A stretch of 64,000 bases of DNA from an uncultured Planctomycetota bacterium (GCA_963827315.1 CAWHAL010000004.1:221829-285828); one strand, 5' to 3'. Shown: positions 20,525 through 31,466, counted from the first letter of the stretch. The notes: generated by a model from the sequence alone, not told the origin. Numbers and translations: made by a program.

Positions 20525-21874
20525 ATGAAATACGACGAAGAAGACCTCATAGCAAAAGCAACAAAGCCTCTGGAAATAGCTTCAGAACTTCATTCATATT
20601 ACAAAGGCAAGGTAGCTGTAACACCTAAGTGCCGCGTGAAAGACATGCATGATTTTGACATATGGTACACGCCGGGTGTTGCATCTCCGTGCAGAGACAT
20701 TGTCAAAAATCCTGAAATGGTTTACGAACTAACCAATAAATGGAATACTGTTGCCGTTGTTAGTGACGGCTCCCGAGTACTCGGGCTCGGGGATATAGGG
20801 CCGCAGGCAGCTCTTCCTGTTATGGAAGGAAAAGCCCTAATCTACAAGTATCTCGGCGGCGTTGATGCTTTTCCGATATGCCTTGATACGAAAGACGCTG
20901 ATAAGCTTATAGAGATTGTCCTGTCATTACATCCTTCTTTTGGAGGGATTAATCTTGAAGATATTGCTCAGCCTAAGTGTTTTTATATACTCGAGCGATT
21001 GAGGAGGGAAAGCCCGATACCGGTATGGCACGACGACCAGCAGGGGACCGCAACGGTCACCCTTGCCGGTCTTATTAATGCTTTGAAAGTGGTTGGTAAG
21101 AATATTAAAGATGTGAAAATCGTTTTTATGGGGGCGGGCGCATCGAATATAAGGATTTCAGACCTTATTTTTCAGTTTGGCGCTGATGCAAAAAGATGCA
21201 TTATGTATGACAGCAAAGGCCCCCTTTGTAAAAGCCGGATTGACATAAGGGACAATCCATCTCTAAAGGAGAAAGCGAATATCTGCCGGATTACCAATGA
21301 GTCCGGCTTCGAAGGTCCAATCGCCGAAGCGCTGCAGGGAGCAGATGTGCTGATTGCACTTTCAAAACCCGGACCTAAAACCATTCAAAAAGAATGGATA
21401 TCAAAAATGGCAAAGGATTCTATTGTTTTCGCATGTGCCAATCCGGTACCTGAAATATGGCCATGGGAGGCAAAACAAGCCGGCGCCAGAATCATTGCAA
21501 CCGGGCGCAGTGATTTCCCGAACCAAATAAATAACTCCTTGGGTTTTCCGGGAATCTTCAGGGGAACTCTCGACGTAAGAGCCAAAACAATAACCGACGA
21601 AATGTGTATCCAGGCAGCGAGAGAATTGGCAGGGACCGCCGAAGATAAGGGACTAAGTGAAGACTACATAATTCCTTCTATGGATGAATGGGAAGTGTTT
21701 CCACGAGAGGCGGCCGCGGTCGGTTCTATGGCAATCGAGCAGGGAATAGCTCAAAAAGTAATGACACGGGCAGAACTTTACAAAACTGCTGAAGCAATCA
21801 TAAAGAAAGCAAGAGAGCAAACCCGGTTGCTTATGGAAGAGGGGTTCATAGCAGAGCCGGAAAAAGAATTTTAG
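20525..21874 (+). CDS. NAD(P)-dependent malic enzyme
   Basis: YYKGKVAVTPKCRVKDMHDFDIWYTPGVA, VSDGSRVLGLGDIG, Rossmann motif FMGAGASN. Confidence 0.85.
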   Translation: MKYDEEDLIAKATKPLEIASELHSYYKGKVAVTPKCRVKDMHDFDIWYTPGVASPCRDIVKNPEMVYELTNKWNTVAVVSDGSRVLGLGDIGPQAALPVMEGKALIYKYLGGVDAFPICLDTKDADKLIEIVLSLHPSFGGINLEDIAQPKCFYILERLRRESPIPVWHDDQQGTATVTLAGLINALKVVGKNIKDVKIVFMGAGASNIRISDLIFQFGADAKRCIMYDSKGPLCKSRIDIRDNPSLKEKANICRITNESGFEGPIAEALQGADVLIALSKPGPKTIQKEWISKMAKDSIVFACANPVPEIWPWEAKQAGARIIATGRSDFPNQINNSLGFPGIFRGTLDVRAKTITDEMCIQAARELAGTAEDKGLSEDYIIPSMDEWEVFPREAAAVGSMAIEQGIAQKVMTRAELYKTAEAIIKKAREQTRLLMEEGFIAEPEKEF

Positions 21875-22049
21875 CGCTATTCCCACTGAAAGCCTGATAC
21901 TCAATAGACGACTTTATTTCAGGGGCTAACAAAAACAGGCACACGGAATTTCCCGCTAAATTTGACGCTGTTTGTTGAACTGTGGCCAATAATGTTGTAT
22001 CGTAAATAGTTCATGGTTGAAATGGCATTTTTGAATCGCAGGAACTTAA

Positions 22050-22355
22050 ATGGACCTGATAAAGAAAATAAAGGCTGCTGAGGCGCAGGCCCAGCAGATT
22101 ATTGAACAGGCCAAAACCGCTGCGGCGAAACAGGCTGAGCAGGGGCGTAACGAGCGTCTTCAGGCGATGGAGCAGACCGAACGACAAAGAAAAAAAACGG
22201 TCGAAGACGCTGTTGCTGCTGCCGGAGCGCAAGCTTTTGCGGAAGCTGAAAATCTGAAATCGCAGGCAGAAAAGGGCCGGCAGCAGCTTCATGATAAAGC
22301 AAACACCAAAATCAATGAAGCGATAGCAAAGGTAATGGATTACCTGGAAGGCTGA
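22050..22355 (+). CDS. V/A-type ATPase peripheral-stalk subunit G/H-like (NtpF-like)
   Basis: 101-aa Ala/Gln/Glu-rich coiled coil in the first position of the operon. Confidence 0.6.
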   Translation: MDLIKKIKAAEAQAQQIIEQAKTAAAKQAEQGRNERLQAMEQTERQRKKTVEDAVAAAGAQAFAEAENLKSQAEKGRQQLHDKANTKINEAIAKVMDYLEG

Positions 22356-22357
22356 GT

Positions 22358-24319
22358 ATGGCTGTTGCACAAATGGCAAAAGTCATTATCGTTTGTCACC
22401 GCTCCGAAGCCGGCGATTTATTAGAAGCGCTTCAGCAGGAGGGTATTTGCCACATCCTGAACGCCGAGCAGGCTACGGTCACTCAGGATTCCCCGGAGCT
22501 TATCAAAGAGGGGGAACGACCTAAAGACATAGAACAGCTTCTGGTTCGCCTGGAGAAAAGTATAAATTTTCTCAAAACTTTCGAGCCGGCCGCAAAGGGT
22601 CTTGCAGCGGTTTTGGCTCCGCGTACCGTCATCGAAGAAAGTACCTACAACAGGGTTGTTTCGGATAAGCAGATACTCCGGATGGTGGAACAGGCAGAGC
22701 AAATTGAAACGGCTATAGAAAGGCTCGAAAAAGAAAATGAGCACGTCTCCACTACGCTGCATCACATCAAACCCTGGCAAAAACTCGAAAGTCCCGTTGA
22801 GCAGATAGGCCCGCTCGGCAAAACAACTTCACTGGCGACAACAGTACCCACACATCGCCTCGAGCAACTCAACCAGGGCATCGCTGAACTGGGAGCGGCA
22901 ATCCAGTTAGTAGATACCAGCGGCAACAGGACTGCCTGTGTCATCGTTTCTTTCAACGAAAATCTTACTGACGTTCAAAAGCTGCTTCGCCAGGTGGACT
23001 TCGAGCAGGTAAACTTTGAAGGTATGACCGGAACTGCAGCGGAGCTGATAAAACAGAACACGGAAAAAATAAACCAAGTGCAAAGCCAGCTAAACGCCCG
23101 GCGAAAACAGGCTGCTTCGCTCGCTGAAAATCTGCTGAACATCGAAATCCTCCACGACCATTATACGAATCTGTTAAGCAGGGAAAAGACCAGGACCGAT
23201 GCACCGGCGACGGAGCAGACGGTTCTGTTCGAGGGGTGGGTCAAAAAAGACGACCTGTCGCGACTGAAGGAGACGGTCTCGAAGTTTGAAGCTTCGAGTC
23301 TGCATAAACTTGAGCCTGCTGAAGACGAAGATATCCCGGTCGAGATTGAAAACAAAAACATAATAAAGCCGTTTGAAGTGATAACGCGTCTTTACGGCAT
23401 GCCCCGGTACTTCGAGGTTGACCCAACGGTTTTTCTGGCACCGTTTTTTGCGCTATTTTTTGGGATATGTCTGAGTGATGTAGGGTACGGTCTGGTGACG
23501 ATTGCAGCAATGGCGATACTGATAAAGAAGATGCAGGGTGACACAAAGCTGATGAGGATGCTTGGGATATGTTCCGGTGCCGCGGTGGTTGTTGGAGCGC
23601 TTACAGGTGGGTGGTTCGGGGATGCGGTGCAGCAGTTTTTGCCGGCGCTGGTTCCGCTGAGGAATAAGATGATGGTGTTTGACCCGCTTGAGAAGCCGGA
23701 GATGCTGCTCGAGCTGGCTCTGATACTTGGATATATTCAGATTATGACCGGTCTTATTATTGCGTTTGGGTACAACCTTGTTCGGAGGAACTTTGTTGCG
23801 GCGGTGTGCGACCAGTTGACCTGGCTGGTTATGCTGAACTCGATTGTGCTGTTTGGACTGAGCGAAGCGAGGATTGTTCCTGCGGCGGTCGGGAACTTTT
23901 GCGGGAAGCTTGCGATAGTGCCGGCAGTGGCAATTTTTCTGTTTAGCAATCGGCAGGGCAGTTGGGCGTCGCGTTTGGGGATGGGCTTTTACAATCTTTT
24001 CAGCTCGGTATTTTATATGGGTGATGTGCTGAGCTACCTGCGATTGATGGGGTTGTGTATGGTGGGGGCAGGGATGGCGATGGCGATAAACCTTATCGCG
24101 AAGATTGCGATGGGAATACCTTACGGCTTGGGGATAGTAGTTATGATAACGGTGCTTGTTGGGGGACACGGGTTTAACCTGATGTTGTCGATTTTGGGTG
24201 CGTTTGTTCACACTATGAGGCTGCAGTATGTGGAGTTTTTTCCGAAGTTTTTTACGGGCGGCGGCAGGGCGTTCGAGCCTCTGCGCAAGGAGTATAAACA
24301 TATCTATTTGAAGCATTAG
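22358..24319 (+). CDS. atpI: V/A-type ATPase subunit I (a-subunit homolog)
   Basis: 653 aa. Soluble N-half plus a polytopic C-half carrying the conserved Arg motif DVLSYLRLMGL. Confidence 0.85.
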   Translation: MAVAQMAKVIIVCHRSEAGDLLEALQQEGICHILNAEQATVTQDSPELIKEGERPKDIEQLLVRLEKSINFLKTFEPAAKGLAAVLAPRTVIEESTYNRVVSDKQILRMVEQAEQIETAIERLEKENEHVSTTLHHIKPWQKLESPVEQIGPLGKTTSLATTVPTHRLEQLNQGIAELGAAIQLVDTSGNRTACVIVSFNENLTDVQKLLRQVDFEQVNFEGMTGTAAELIKQNTEKINQVQSQLNARRKQAASLAENLLNIEILHDHYTNLLSREKTRTDAPATEQTVLFEGWVKKDDLSRLKETVSKFEASSLHKLEPAEDEDIPVEIENKNIIKPFEVITRLYGMPRYFEVDPTVFLAPFFALFFGICLSDVGYGLVTIAAMAILIKKMQGDTKLMRMLGICSGAAVVVGALTGGWFGDAVQQFLPALVPLRNKMMVFDPLEKPEMLLELALILGYIQIMTGLIIAFGYNLVRRNFVAAVCDQLTWLVMLNSIVLFGLSEARIVPAAVGNFCGKLAIVPAVAIFLFSNRQGSWASRLGMGFYNLFSSVFYMGDVLSYLRLMGLCMVGAGMAMAINLIAKIAMGIPYGLGIVVMITVLVGGHGFNLMLSILGAFVHTMRLQYVEFFPKFFTGGGRAFEPLRKEYKHIYLKH

Positions 24320-24344
24320 GCATTGAGAAAGAGAGGTTTTGCCA

Positions 24345-24848
24345 ATGGATAACTATGGAATGGCGATGGCCCTGGGCGGAGCAGTGCTGGCAGCGTTGCT
24401 ATCCGGGATTGGCTCATCGATTGGGATTTTCATCTCCAGCAGGGCGGCCACCGGGGTATTGAGCGAGAAGCCGGAGCGATACGGCCAGATGTTCATTATG
24501 GTTGTGCTGCCGGGAACGCAGGGCTTTTACGGCTTTTTGGCGGCATTTATCGTGATGCTCAAACTGAACTTCTTTGGCATAGGAGGGTTGCCGGATGTCA
24601 GTTTTCAGTTGGGGACGAAGATACTGACGGCTTGCCTGCCTGTTGCGTTTGCGGGGCTGATTACGGCGATTTATCAGGGCAAGGTCTCGGCCGGCGGGAT
24701 AATGATGGCGGCCAAAAGGCCGGAGATGGCGTTCAAGGCCGGTGTGGTGTATGCGGTGATGGTGGAGATGTACGCCATTCTTGGTTTGCTGACGACGATG
24801 TTTATGCTGCTGAAAGGTATTGCCTGGCCGGTGGTATCAGCCGCGTAA
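24345..24848 (+). CDS. atpK: V/A-type ATPase proteolipid subunit K (4-TM, NtpK-like)
   Basis: VLPGTQGFYGF, IYQGKVSAGG and AVMVEMYAILGL align to Enterococcus hirae NtpK. ATG 24345 lies 8 nt after GAGAGG. Confidence 0.85.
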   Translation: MDNYGMAMALGGAVLAALLSGIGSSIGIFISSRAATGVLSEKPERYGQMFIMVVLPGTQGFYGFLAAFIVMLKLNFFGIGGLPDVSFQLGTKILTACLPVAFAGLITAIYQGKVSAGGIMMAAKRPEMAFKAGVVYAVMVEMYAILGLLTTMFMLLKGIAWPVVSAA

Positions 24849-24881
24849 GGACGGCGGGAAAGGGTTGAGTGGAAAAAGACT

Positions 24882-25475
24882 ATGGATGCCGAGAATGTTG
24901 TCGAGAAGATACTGGCCGATGCGAGAGTCGAGGCACGGAAGATAAAACAGCAGGCTGATGACAAAGGAGCTGCCGAGCAGACTAAACTGGACGGCCAACT
25001 CGACGAGTATAACAAGCAAACCCATGCCCTTGCTGAAAAACGCAGCGGCGATGAAAAACTGCATATTCTGGCAGCCGCCAGAATGGATATTGCAAAGCAA
25101 CTGCTCGCCGAGAAAGGAAAAATACTCGATGAGGTCTTCGAACAGGTACAGAAGCGGCTCAAAAAGCTGCCCGACAAGGACTATTGTGCGCTGATGACTA
25201 AACTGATACTTGAAGCGGTTGAAACAGGCGATGAAGAAGTTATCGTCGACAAAAACGAAACGCGAATCGACGACAAGTTCATCAACCAAATCAATCACCA
25301 ACTCAGTTCAGACGGCAAAGGCAGACTGAGATTATCTGGTGAAAGAGAAAATTTTGGAGCCGGCTTTATCCTGAAACGTGGAAAGATAAAAGTTAATGTC
25401 TCCGTCGAGGTATTGCTGAATCAGGCTCGCAGGGAATTGGAGACCGAATTGGCAAAGGAACTTTTCGGAGACTAA
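24882..25475 (+). CDS. atpE: V/A-type ATPase subunit E
   Basis: 197 aa with a charged N-terminal helix and a globular C-domain, at the operon position after K. Confidence 0.75.
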   Translation: MDAENVVEKILADARVEARKIKQQADDKGAAEQTKLDGQLDEYNKQTHALAEKRSGDEKLHILAAARMDIAKQLLAEKGKILDEVFEQVQKRLKKLPDKDYCALMTKLILEAVETGDEEVIVDKNETRIDDKFINQINHQLSSDGKGRLRLSGERENFGAGFILKRGKIKVNVSVEVLLNQARRELETELAKELFGD

Positions 25476-25482
25476 ATGATAA

Positions 25483-26517
25483 ATGGTCGAAGTTGCTGAG
25501 AAAAGTGTTATTGATTTTTACACCTACCCGCCCATCGGCAGTGATGACTGGCGTTACACTTTCGAAACAGCTCGGGTCCGTGCGCTTGAAACACGAATGC
25601 TGTCGGCAGCGATGCTTCTTGATATGGCCAACGCAGAAAATTTCGAGCAGGCCGCGGATTTACTGGCAGCCGGCGAATACGCCTTCCCGCATGGCGGCAA
25701 AAACTTTGCAGAGGTCGAGAATGTTCTGCGGATTAGAAGGTCGGCGGTGAGAGAATTGTTTGCAGAGTTAATGATTGATGAGCCGATTGTAGAGCTGTTT
25801 AGAGCACGCGATGATTTTGCCAATCTGCGACTGGCACTTAGACGCACATTGACTGAAAAACCGCTTGGGACCGATTACAGCGGCGATGGCAACATCTCGC
25901 CGGAGATTTTTACAGAAGCCCTCGAGCAGGAGAACTACGAGCTGCTCCCTGATTATATGGCCGAAGCGGTGGAGCGGGCGGTTTTGGCCTACTATCAAAA
26001 TAAGGATATACGCTGGGTTGATTATGCAATCGATAGGTTCCGGGCAGAATACAATTTGAAAAAAGCGCGCCAGCTAAAGAGCCTGTTTTTGATGGGACTT
26101 TTTAGAATACAAATCGACCTTACTAACATACGGACAATGCTCCGGCTGAAATTTACCGAATCGCAGCAGCGAAACGCATTCATTAAGGGCGGATATGTCG
26201 AGTTTGAGCGGCTCGAACAAGGGCTGGAGCTCGGCTATGAGTCGGCTGGCCAATTGTTTTTTGTGACGCCGTATCATCACCTTGTTGAAACAGGCGCCGG
26301 CTACCTGGCGTCTGATAAATCTTTTCTGAGATTGGAGCGGCAGTGCGAAGATTACTTAATGGGATTTTTGAAAACAACCATCCAGATTACCGCCGGCCCA
26401 CAGCCGGTTATTGCTTATCTTTTAATTAAGGAAAATGAAATCCGAGCTGTTCGGCTGATTCTGACAGCAAAGAAGAACTCACTTGACACGAAGCTTATTT
26501 TGGACCGTATTTCGTAA
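25483..26517 (+). CDS. atpC: V/A-type ATPase subunit C (d-subunit homolog)
   Basis: 344-aa helical protein at the matching operon position. Confidence 0.75.
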   Translation: MVEVAEKSVIDFYTYPPIGSDDWRYTFETARVRALETRMLSAAMLLDMANAENFEQAADLLAAGEYAFPHGGKNFAEVENVLRIRRSAVRELFAELMIDEPIVELFRARDDFANLRLALRRTLTEKPLGTDYSGDGNISPEIFTEALEQENYELLPDYMAEAVERAVLAYYQNKDIRWVDYAIDRFRAEYNLKKARQLKSLFLMGLFRIQIDLTNIRTMLRLKFTESQQRNAFIKGGYVEFERLEQGLELGYESAGQLFFVTPYHHLVETGAGYLASDKSFLRLERQCEDYLMGFLKTTIQITAGPQPVIAYLLIKENEIRAVRLILTAKKNSLDTKLILDRIS

Positions 26518-26543
26518 AACACCCGCAGAGGTGTGAGCAAAAA

Positions 26544-26858
26544 ATGGAAGGTAAAGTTGCGGTTTTAGGTGATGTGGATTTTGTGAAGCCGTTTTCGGCG
26601 CTTGGACTCGATACGTTTGCAGTAGGCGATACATCCGAAGAAAGAATCAAAAGTGCCGAGAGAATAATCAGCGATAAATATACCCTTGTGGTTGTTGCCG
26701 AAAATGTGGCTGCGGTGGTTGAGGAAGTTTTCTCCGCTCGGATGGATTCGCCGACCCCCTGTGTCGTAGTTGTGCCGTTTACTACGGAATCGAAGGGTTT
26801 TGCAACCACTGCCCTGGCGAAAACACTTAAAATGGCTACCGGCATAAACATTTTATAA
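26544..26858 (+). CDS. atpF: V/A-type ATPase subunit F
   Basis: 104 aa. KVAVLGDVDFVKPFSALGLDTF is typical of subunit F. Confidence 0.7.
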   Translation: MEGKVAVLGDVDFVKPFSALGLDTFAVGDTSEERIKSAERIISDKYTLVVVAENVAAVVEEVFSARMDSPTPCVVVVPFTTESKGFATTALAKTLKMATGINIL

Positions 26859-26882
26859 AACGATTAAGAAAAGGTTTTCATA

Positions 26883-28661
26883 ATGGCTGAAGAGAAAACC
26901 GGCAGAATAGTCAAAGTTGCAGGCCCCGTAGTCACCGCTGAGAATATGGCCGGTGCCAGAATGTACGATGTGGTTCGTGTCGGCAAACTGAACATCATCG
27001 GCGAAATCGTCGCCCTTAAAGGCGACCTTGCTTCAATCCAGGTTTACGAAGAGACCGTCGGCATCGGGCCCGGTGAACCGGTTACCGATACACAAGCACC
27101 TCTAAGCGTTGAGTTAGGACCCGGCCTGATTGAAAGTATCTACGACGGTATCCAGAGGCCGCTGAGCCTTCTCATGCGGGCGGAAGGTGAATTTATGAGC
27201 AGGGGTTCTGCTGTGCCCAGCCTCGACAGGAAAAGAAAATGGCACTTCAAGCCGACGGTAGATAATGGAACCAAAATCGGCCCGGGCGATATAATCGGCG
27301 AAGTTGCGGAATCCACTATCGTCACACACAAAATCATGGTGCCCGCTGGCGTAACAGGAACCCTGCAGAAAATTGCTGAAGGTGATTTTACCGTCGTTGA
27401 GACCATTGGCCTTGTCGTCGCCGATGACGGCACACAAACACAGCTCAAACTTATGCAGAAATGGCCTGTCCGAAGTCCGAGGCCAATAATTAAACGGCTG
27501 GCACCAAACAGGCTGCTTGTTACCGGCCAGCGCGTAATTGACGCCTTCTTTCCTGTTGCAAAAGGGGGAACTGCCTGCATCCCCGGGCCGTTTGGCTCAG
27601 GCAAAACGGTCGTTCAGCATCAGTTATCAAAATGGGTCGATGCAGATATTGTCGTCTATGTCGGCTGCGGAGAACGAGGCAACGAAATGACCGATGTCCT
27701 TACCGAGTTTCCCAAGTTGAAAGACCCGCGCAGCGGCCAACCTCTTATGAAGCGCTCGGTGCTTATTGCGAACACCTCAAATATGCCCGTCGCCGCCAGG
27801 GAAGCCTCTGTTTACACCGGCATCACGATAGCTGAATACTTCCGCGATATGGGTTACACCGTGGGCCTGATGGCTGACAGCACAAGCCGATGGGCTGAGG
27901 CGATGCGAGAGATATCGACCCGTCTCGAAGAAATGCCCGCTGAGGAAGGCTACCCAGCCTACTTGGCTGCCCGGACTGCATCGTTTTACGAAAGGGCGGG
28001 GCGGGTCCAGTGCCTTGGAAAACCGCAGCGAGAGGGTGCTTTATCAATCATCGGTGCGGTAAGTCCGCCCGGCGGCGACCTGTCCGATTCGGTTGTACAG
28101 GCAACACTGCACGTTGTTAAGGTCTTCTGGTCGCTCATCGGAAGACTCGCTTACCAGCGGCACTTCCCGGCTATCGATTGGCTCACAAGCTATTCCTTCT
28201 ATAAGCAATATCTCAAGGACAGCTTCGAAGATAAAGACCAGGGTCTCCAAATGCAGGAGCTTACCGTAAAGGCGATGAGTCTGCTTGAGCAGGAATCTGA
28301 GCTGCTTGAGATAGTTCGTCTCGTCGGCGCAGAGGCCCTGTCGCCGCAAGACAGATTGGCGATTGAAACCGCAAGGAGCATTCGCGAAGACTTCCTCCAT
28401 CAAAACGCCTACCACGAAGTCGATACCTTTACGCCGATGACCAAACAGTACCAGATGCTGAAAACCATCCTGTACTTCCACAGCCAGGCCGTTATTGCCA
28501 TCGACAGGGGGGTGGATACAGCCGAGATATTCAAATTGCCCGTCCGCGAAGAAATCGCACGTGCAAAATATGTCCCCCACAAGCAGACGGAAAAAATCGC
28601 TCAGATAAGAAAAACCATCGAGCAGCAAATGAGTGAATTAAAGGTAGCTGAGAACGTATAA
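26883..28661 (+). CDS. atpA: V/A-type ATPase catalytic subunit A
   Basis: Walker A GPFGSGKTV, non-homologous insert region, ADSTSRWAEAMREIS. Confidence 0.95.
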   Translation: MAEEKTGRIVKVAGPVVTAENMAGARMYDVVRVGKLNIIGEIVALKGDLASIQVYEETVGIGPGEPVTDTQAPLSVELGPGLIESIYDGIQRPLSLLMRAEGEFMSRGSAVPSLDRKRKWHFKPTVDNGTKIGPGDIIGEVAESTIVTHKIMVPAGVTGTLQKIAEGDFTVVETIGLVVADDGTQTQLKLMQKWPVRSPRPIIKRLAPNRLLVTGQRVIDAFFPVAKGGTACIPGPFGSGKTVVQHQLSKWVDADIVVYVGCGERGNEMTDVLTEFPKLKDPRSGQPLMKRSVLIANTSNMPVAAREASVYTGITIAEYFRDMGYTVGLMADSTSRWAEAMREISTRLEEMPAEEGYPAYLAARTASFYERAGRVQCLGKPQREGALSIIGAVSPPGGDLSDSVVQATLHVVKVFWSLIGRLAYQRHFPAIDWLTSYSFYKQYLKDSFEDKDQGLQMQELTVKAMSLLEQESELLEIVRLVGAEALSPQDRLAIETARSIREDFLHQNAYHEVDTFTPMTKQYQMLKTILYFHSQAVIAIDRGVDTAEIFKLPVREEIARAKYVPHKQTEKIAQIRKTIEQQMSELKVAENV

Positions 28662-28676
28662 ACATGAGGGATTGAG

Positions 28677-30086
28677 ATGCTCAAGGAATACCAGACGGTC
28701 GCAAGTATCGCAGGCCCATTGATGCTTGTCGAGATGGTCGATGAGGCGAAGTTCGGCCACATCGTTGACATCGAGCTTGCTGACGGCTCGATTCGCCACG
28801 GCCAGATATTACAGGTCGAGAACGACAAGGTTCTCGTTCAGGTCTTTGAAGGCACCCGCGGCGTCGATGTCGAAAAAAGTACTGTTCGCTTTCTGGGCAG
28901 ACCTCTGGAGTTTGCCGTCTCACCCGACATATTAGGCAGGGTCTTCTCCGGGCTCGGCGAGCCGAAAGACGATGGTCCTGCAATCATTCCCGACAAACGG
29001 CTCGACGTCAACGGCAGGCCAATCAACCCGTATGCCCGCGACTATCCGAACGAATTTATTCAGACGGGCATATCGACCATCGACGGCCTAAATCCCCTCA
29101 TACGAGGCCAGAAGCTCCCCGTTTTCTCAGGGGCGGGTCTGCCGCACGACCAATTGACCGCTCAGCTCGCACGGCAGGCAACGGTATTGGGCAAAGAAGA
29201 AAAATTCGCCGTTGTTTTCGCCGCAATGGGCATCACTTTTGAGGCGGCGCAGTTTTTCATCGACGACCTTACGGGAACTGGCGCCATTGAACGAGCTGTT
29301 ATGTTCATAAATCTTGCCAATGACCCTGCTATCGAGCGGATTGCGACGCCGAGATTCGCGCTTACCGCCGCCGAATATTTGGCGTTTGAGCTGGATATGC
29401 ATGTGCTGGTGATACTAAACGATATGACAAACTATTGCGAGGCACTTAGAGAAATCAGCGCAGCCAGAAAAGAAGTTCCCGGCCGACGAGGTTACCCCGG
29501 CTATCTCTATACAGACCTCGCTACCGTTTATGAAAGGGCCGGCCGAATCAAAGGCAAAAAAGGCTCAATCACTATGGTGCCGGTATTGACAATGCCGGAG
29601 GACGACAAAACCCACCCCGTGCCCGACCTGACCGGCTACATCACCGAAGGCCAGATTATCCTCTCGCGCTCGCTGCACAGAAAGGCCGTCTCGCCGCCTG
29701 TCGATGTTCTGCCGAGCCTGTCCCGATTGAAAGATAAAGGCATCGGCTCCGGGAAAACCCGCGAAGACCACGCAGACCTTTACAACCAGCTTTATGCTGC
29801 TTACGCACGCGGCAAAGAGGTCCAGGAGCTTGCGACCATTATTGGCCAGGCTGCCCTTTCCGAAGAAGACAAAAAGTATGTGGACTTCGCAGGCAGATTC
29901 GAGACCCAGTACGTCTCACAGGATTATTATGAGAATCGCTCGGTCGAGCAAACTCTCGACCTCGGCTGGAAACTCCTGAGTATGTTTGATAACGCCGAAT
30001 TGAAACGCATGGACATAAAGCTCATCGAGAAATATATGCCTAAATTCAGGAAAACCTTCGGTAAGAAAAAGGAGGAGACTGAATAG
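28677..30086 (+). CDS. atpB: V/A-type ATPase subunit B
   Basis: 469 aa. [21 protein letters not shown] and [26 protein letters not shown]. Confidence 0.95.
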   Translation: MLKEYQTVASIAGPLMLVEMVDEAKFGHIVDIELADGSIRHGQILQVENDKVLVQVFEGTRGVDVEKSTVRFLGRPLEFAVSPDILGRVFSGLGEPKDDGPAIIPDKRLDVNGRPINPYARDYPNEFIQTGISTIDGLNPLIRGQKLPVFSGAGLPHDQLTAQLARQATVLGKEEKFAVVFAAMGITFEAAQFFIDDLTGTGAIERAVMFINLANDPAIERIATPRFALTAAEYLAFELDMHVLVILNDMTNYCEALREISAARKEVPGRRGYPGYLYTDLATVYERAGRIKGKKGSITMVPVLTMPEDDKTHPVPDLTGYITEGQIILSRSLHRKAVSPPVDVLPSLSRLKDKGIGSGKTREDHADLYNQLYAAYARGKEVQELATIIGQAALSEEDKKYVDFAGRFETQYVSQDYYENRSVEQTLDLGWKLLSMFDNAELKRMDIKLIEKYMPKFRKTFGKKKEETE

Positions 30087-30704
30087 ATGCTCGAGAACGT
30101 AAACGCAACGCGAATGGAGCTTTTATACCTGCGAAAGCGCGTTGCCCTCGCTATTCGTGGCCACCGTCTTCTCAGCCAAAAAAGGGACGAGATATCCCGC
30201 CAGTTGATTCAAATCGCCCGACAAATCCAGCCTCTGCGAAAACGTGTCGAGGCGGAGCTTCTCGAAACCTGCCGACGCTTTGTGCTCGCACGGGCCTCGA
30301 TGGAGCCGGAAGATGTGAAAGCTGCGCTCGAAGTCCCCACCAAGAAATTTAGTCTCGCTGTCGAATTTGCCCGCATTATGAACGTAAAGGTCCCTCACCT
30401 GATAAAGAAAATGTCCGGCGAAATCATCTGTTACGGCTTTGCGACAACGTCCGGCGAGATGGACGTTGCGTTGCTTGCCCTTGAACGTGCCTTCGATTCT
30501 TTGATTGAGTTAGCCGAGAAGGAAAAACAGGCTCGTCTCCTTGCCACGGAATTACGAATGACGCGTAGGAGAGTAAATGTCCTCGAATACGTTGTTATTC
30601 CTGAGCTCCACGAAACCATAAAGTTTATCTACGATAAACTCGCCGAAGCCGAACGCGACAATACCTCTCGCCTGATGAAAATCGCAGATATAATCCGCAC
30701 ATAA
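30087..30704 (+). CDS. atpD: V/A-type ATPase central-stalk subunit D
   Basis: NATRMELLYLRKRVALAIRGHRLLSQKRD, the typical subunit D N-terminus. Confidence 0.85.
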   Translation: MLENVNATRMELLYLRKRVALAIRGHRLLSQKRDEISRQLIQIARQIQPLRKRVEAELLETCRRFVLARASMEPEDVKAALEVPTKKFSLAVEFARIMNVKVPHLIKKMSGEIICYGFATTSGEMDVALLALERAFDSLIELAEKEKQARLLATELRMTRRRVNVLEYVVIPELHETIKFIYDKLAEAERDNTSRLMKIADIIRT

Positions 30705-30740
30705 ACTCCCGAAGTTGCAATGGCCTTGTTGGGGTTTTCC

Positions 30741-31466
30741 TTATGATATTTTTATCCTTTCACCTGTTTTCATACACAAATGCTCGTTGGCGCTGCCGTT
30801 TTTGAGACCGATTTCTAATGTCTTGTTCGAGCCTTCGATTAGAAAAAGCTCTCCTTTTTTCGCTGCTTCGTAGGTTGTATGCAAATTCATCGTGTACTCC
30901 TTCTTCGCTGTTTTTACGCAGTACTTATTTTTCTTTTGTCTGGGGAGATTCGTTATGATATTGCCGAACCGGTCAATCCGAACAACTATTCCATATCTAC
31001 CTTTTTTGTAAAGCTTCAGCTTTTTTATCGTTTTTGTTTTTTTACCTGTGCTCTCGAACTTACCATTCTCAATCTGTGCCGCTGCCTTGGCGAAGACATC
31101 TCTGCCGTGGAACGTCCTGCTTGCCTCGGCGCCGACTGCGATTTTTCTTATCTCGGTTATCTTTTGCTCGGCCAGTGCCTCCCACATCAAGCCATTATCA
31201 GGCCCGACAAAATAATAGTCTTTTGTCCTGACGGCGATTGCCTTTCTTTTTGTCCCGACGCCCGGGTCAACCACACAGCAAAACGTCGCCCCCTCAGGAA
31301 AGTATTTGTAGTTATTCTTCAGTATCCACGAGCCTTCGATAATACATTGCGGCCAAATCGTGTGGCACAAATCAACCACCTTCGCATCCGGCGCACAGCG
31401 GTAAATCACCCCTTTCATTACGCCGACGTACTCGCTGTCGCCGAAGTCCGTCAACAGGACTATCAT
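30741..31466 (-). CDS. SAM hydrolase / SAM-dependent halogenase family protein (DUF62)
   Basis: MIVLLTDFGDSEYVGVMKGVI, VVDPGVGT, GPDNG. Confidence 0.8.
   Translation of the reverse strand: MIVLLTDFGDSEYVGVMKGVIYRCAPDAKVVDLCHTIWPQCIIEGSWILKNNYKYFPEGATFCCVVDPGVGTKRKAIAVRTKDYYFVGPDNGLMWEALAEQKITEIRKIAVGAEASRTFHGRDVFAKAAAQIENGKFESTGKKTKTIKKLKLYKKGRYGIVVRIDRFGNIITNLPRQKKNKYCVKTAKKEYTMNLHTTYEAAKKGELFLIEGSNKTLEIGLKNGSANEHLCMKTGERIKIS

Noticed and set aside
23453-24316. 287-aa minus-strand ORF inside atpI
   Set aside because: Its composition is extremely basic and low-complexity (H, R, K, Q, N, P). It lies wholly antisense to the well-supported subunit I membrane domain.
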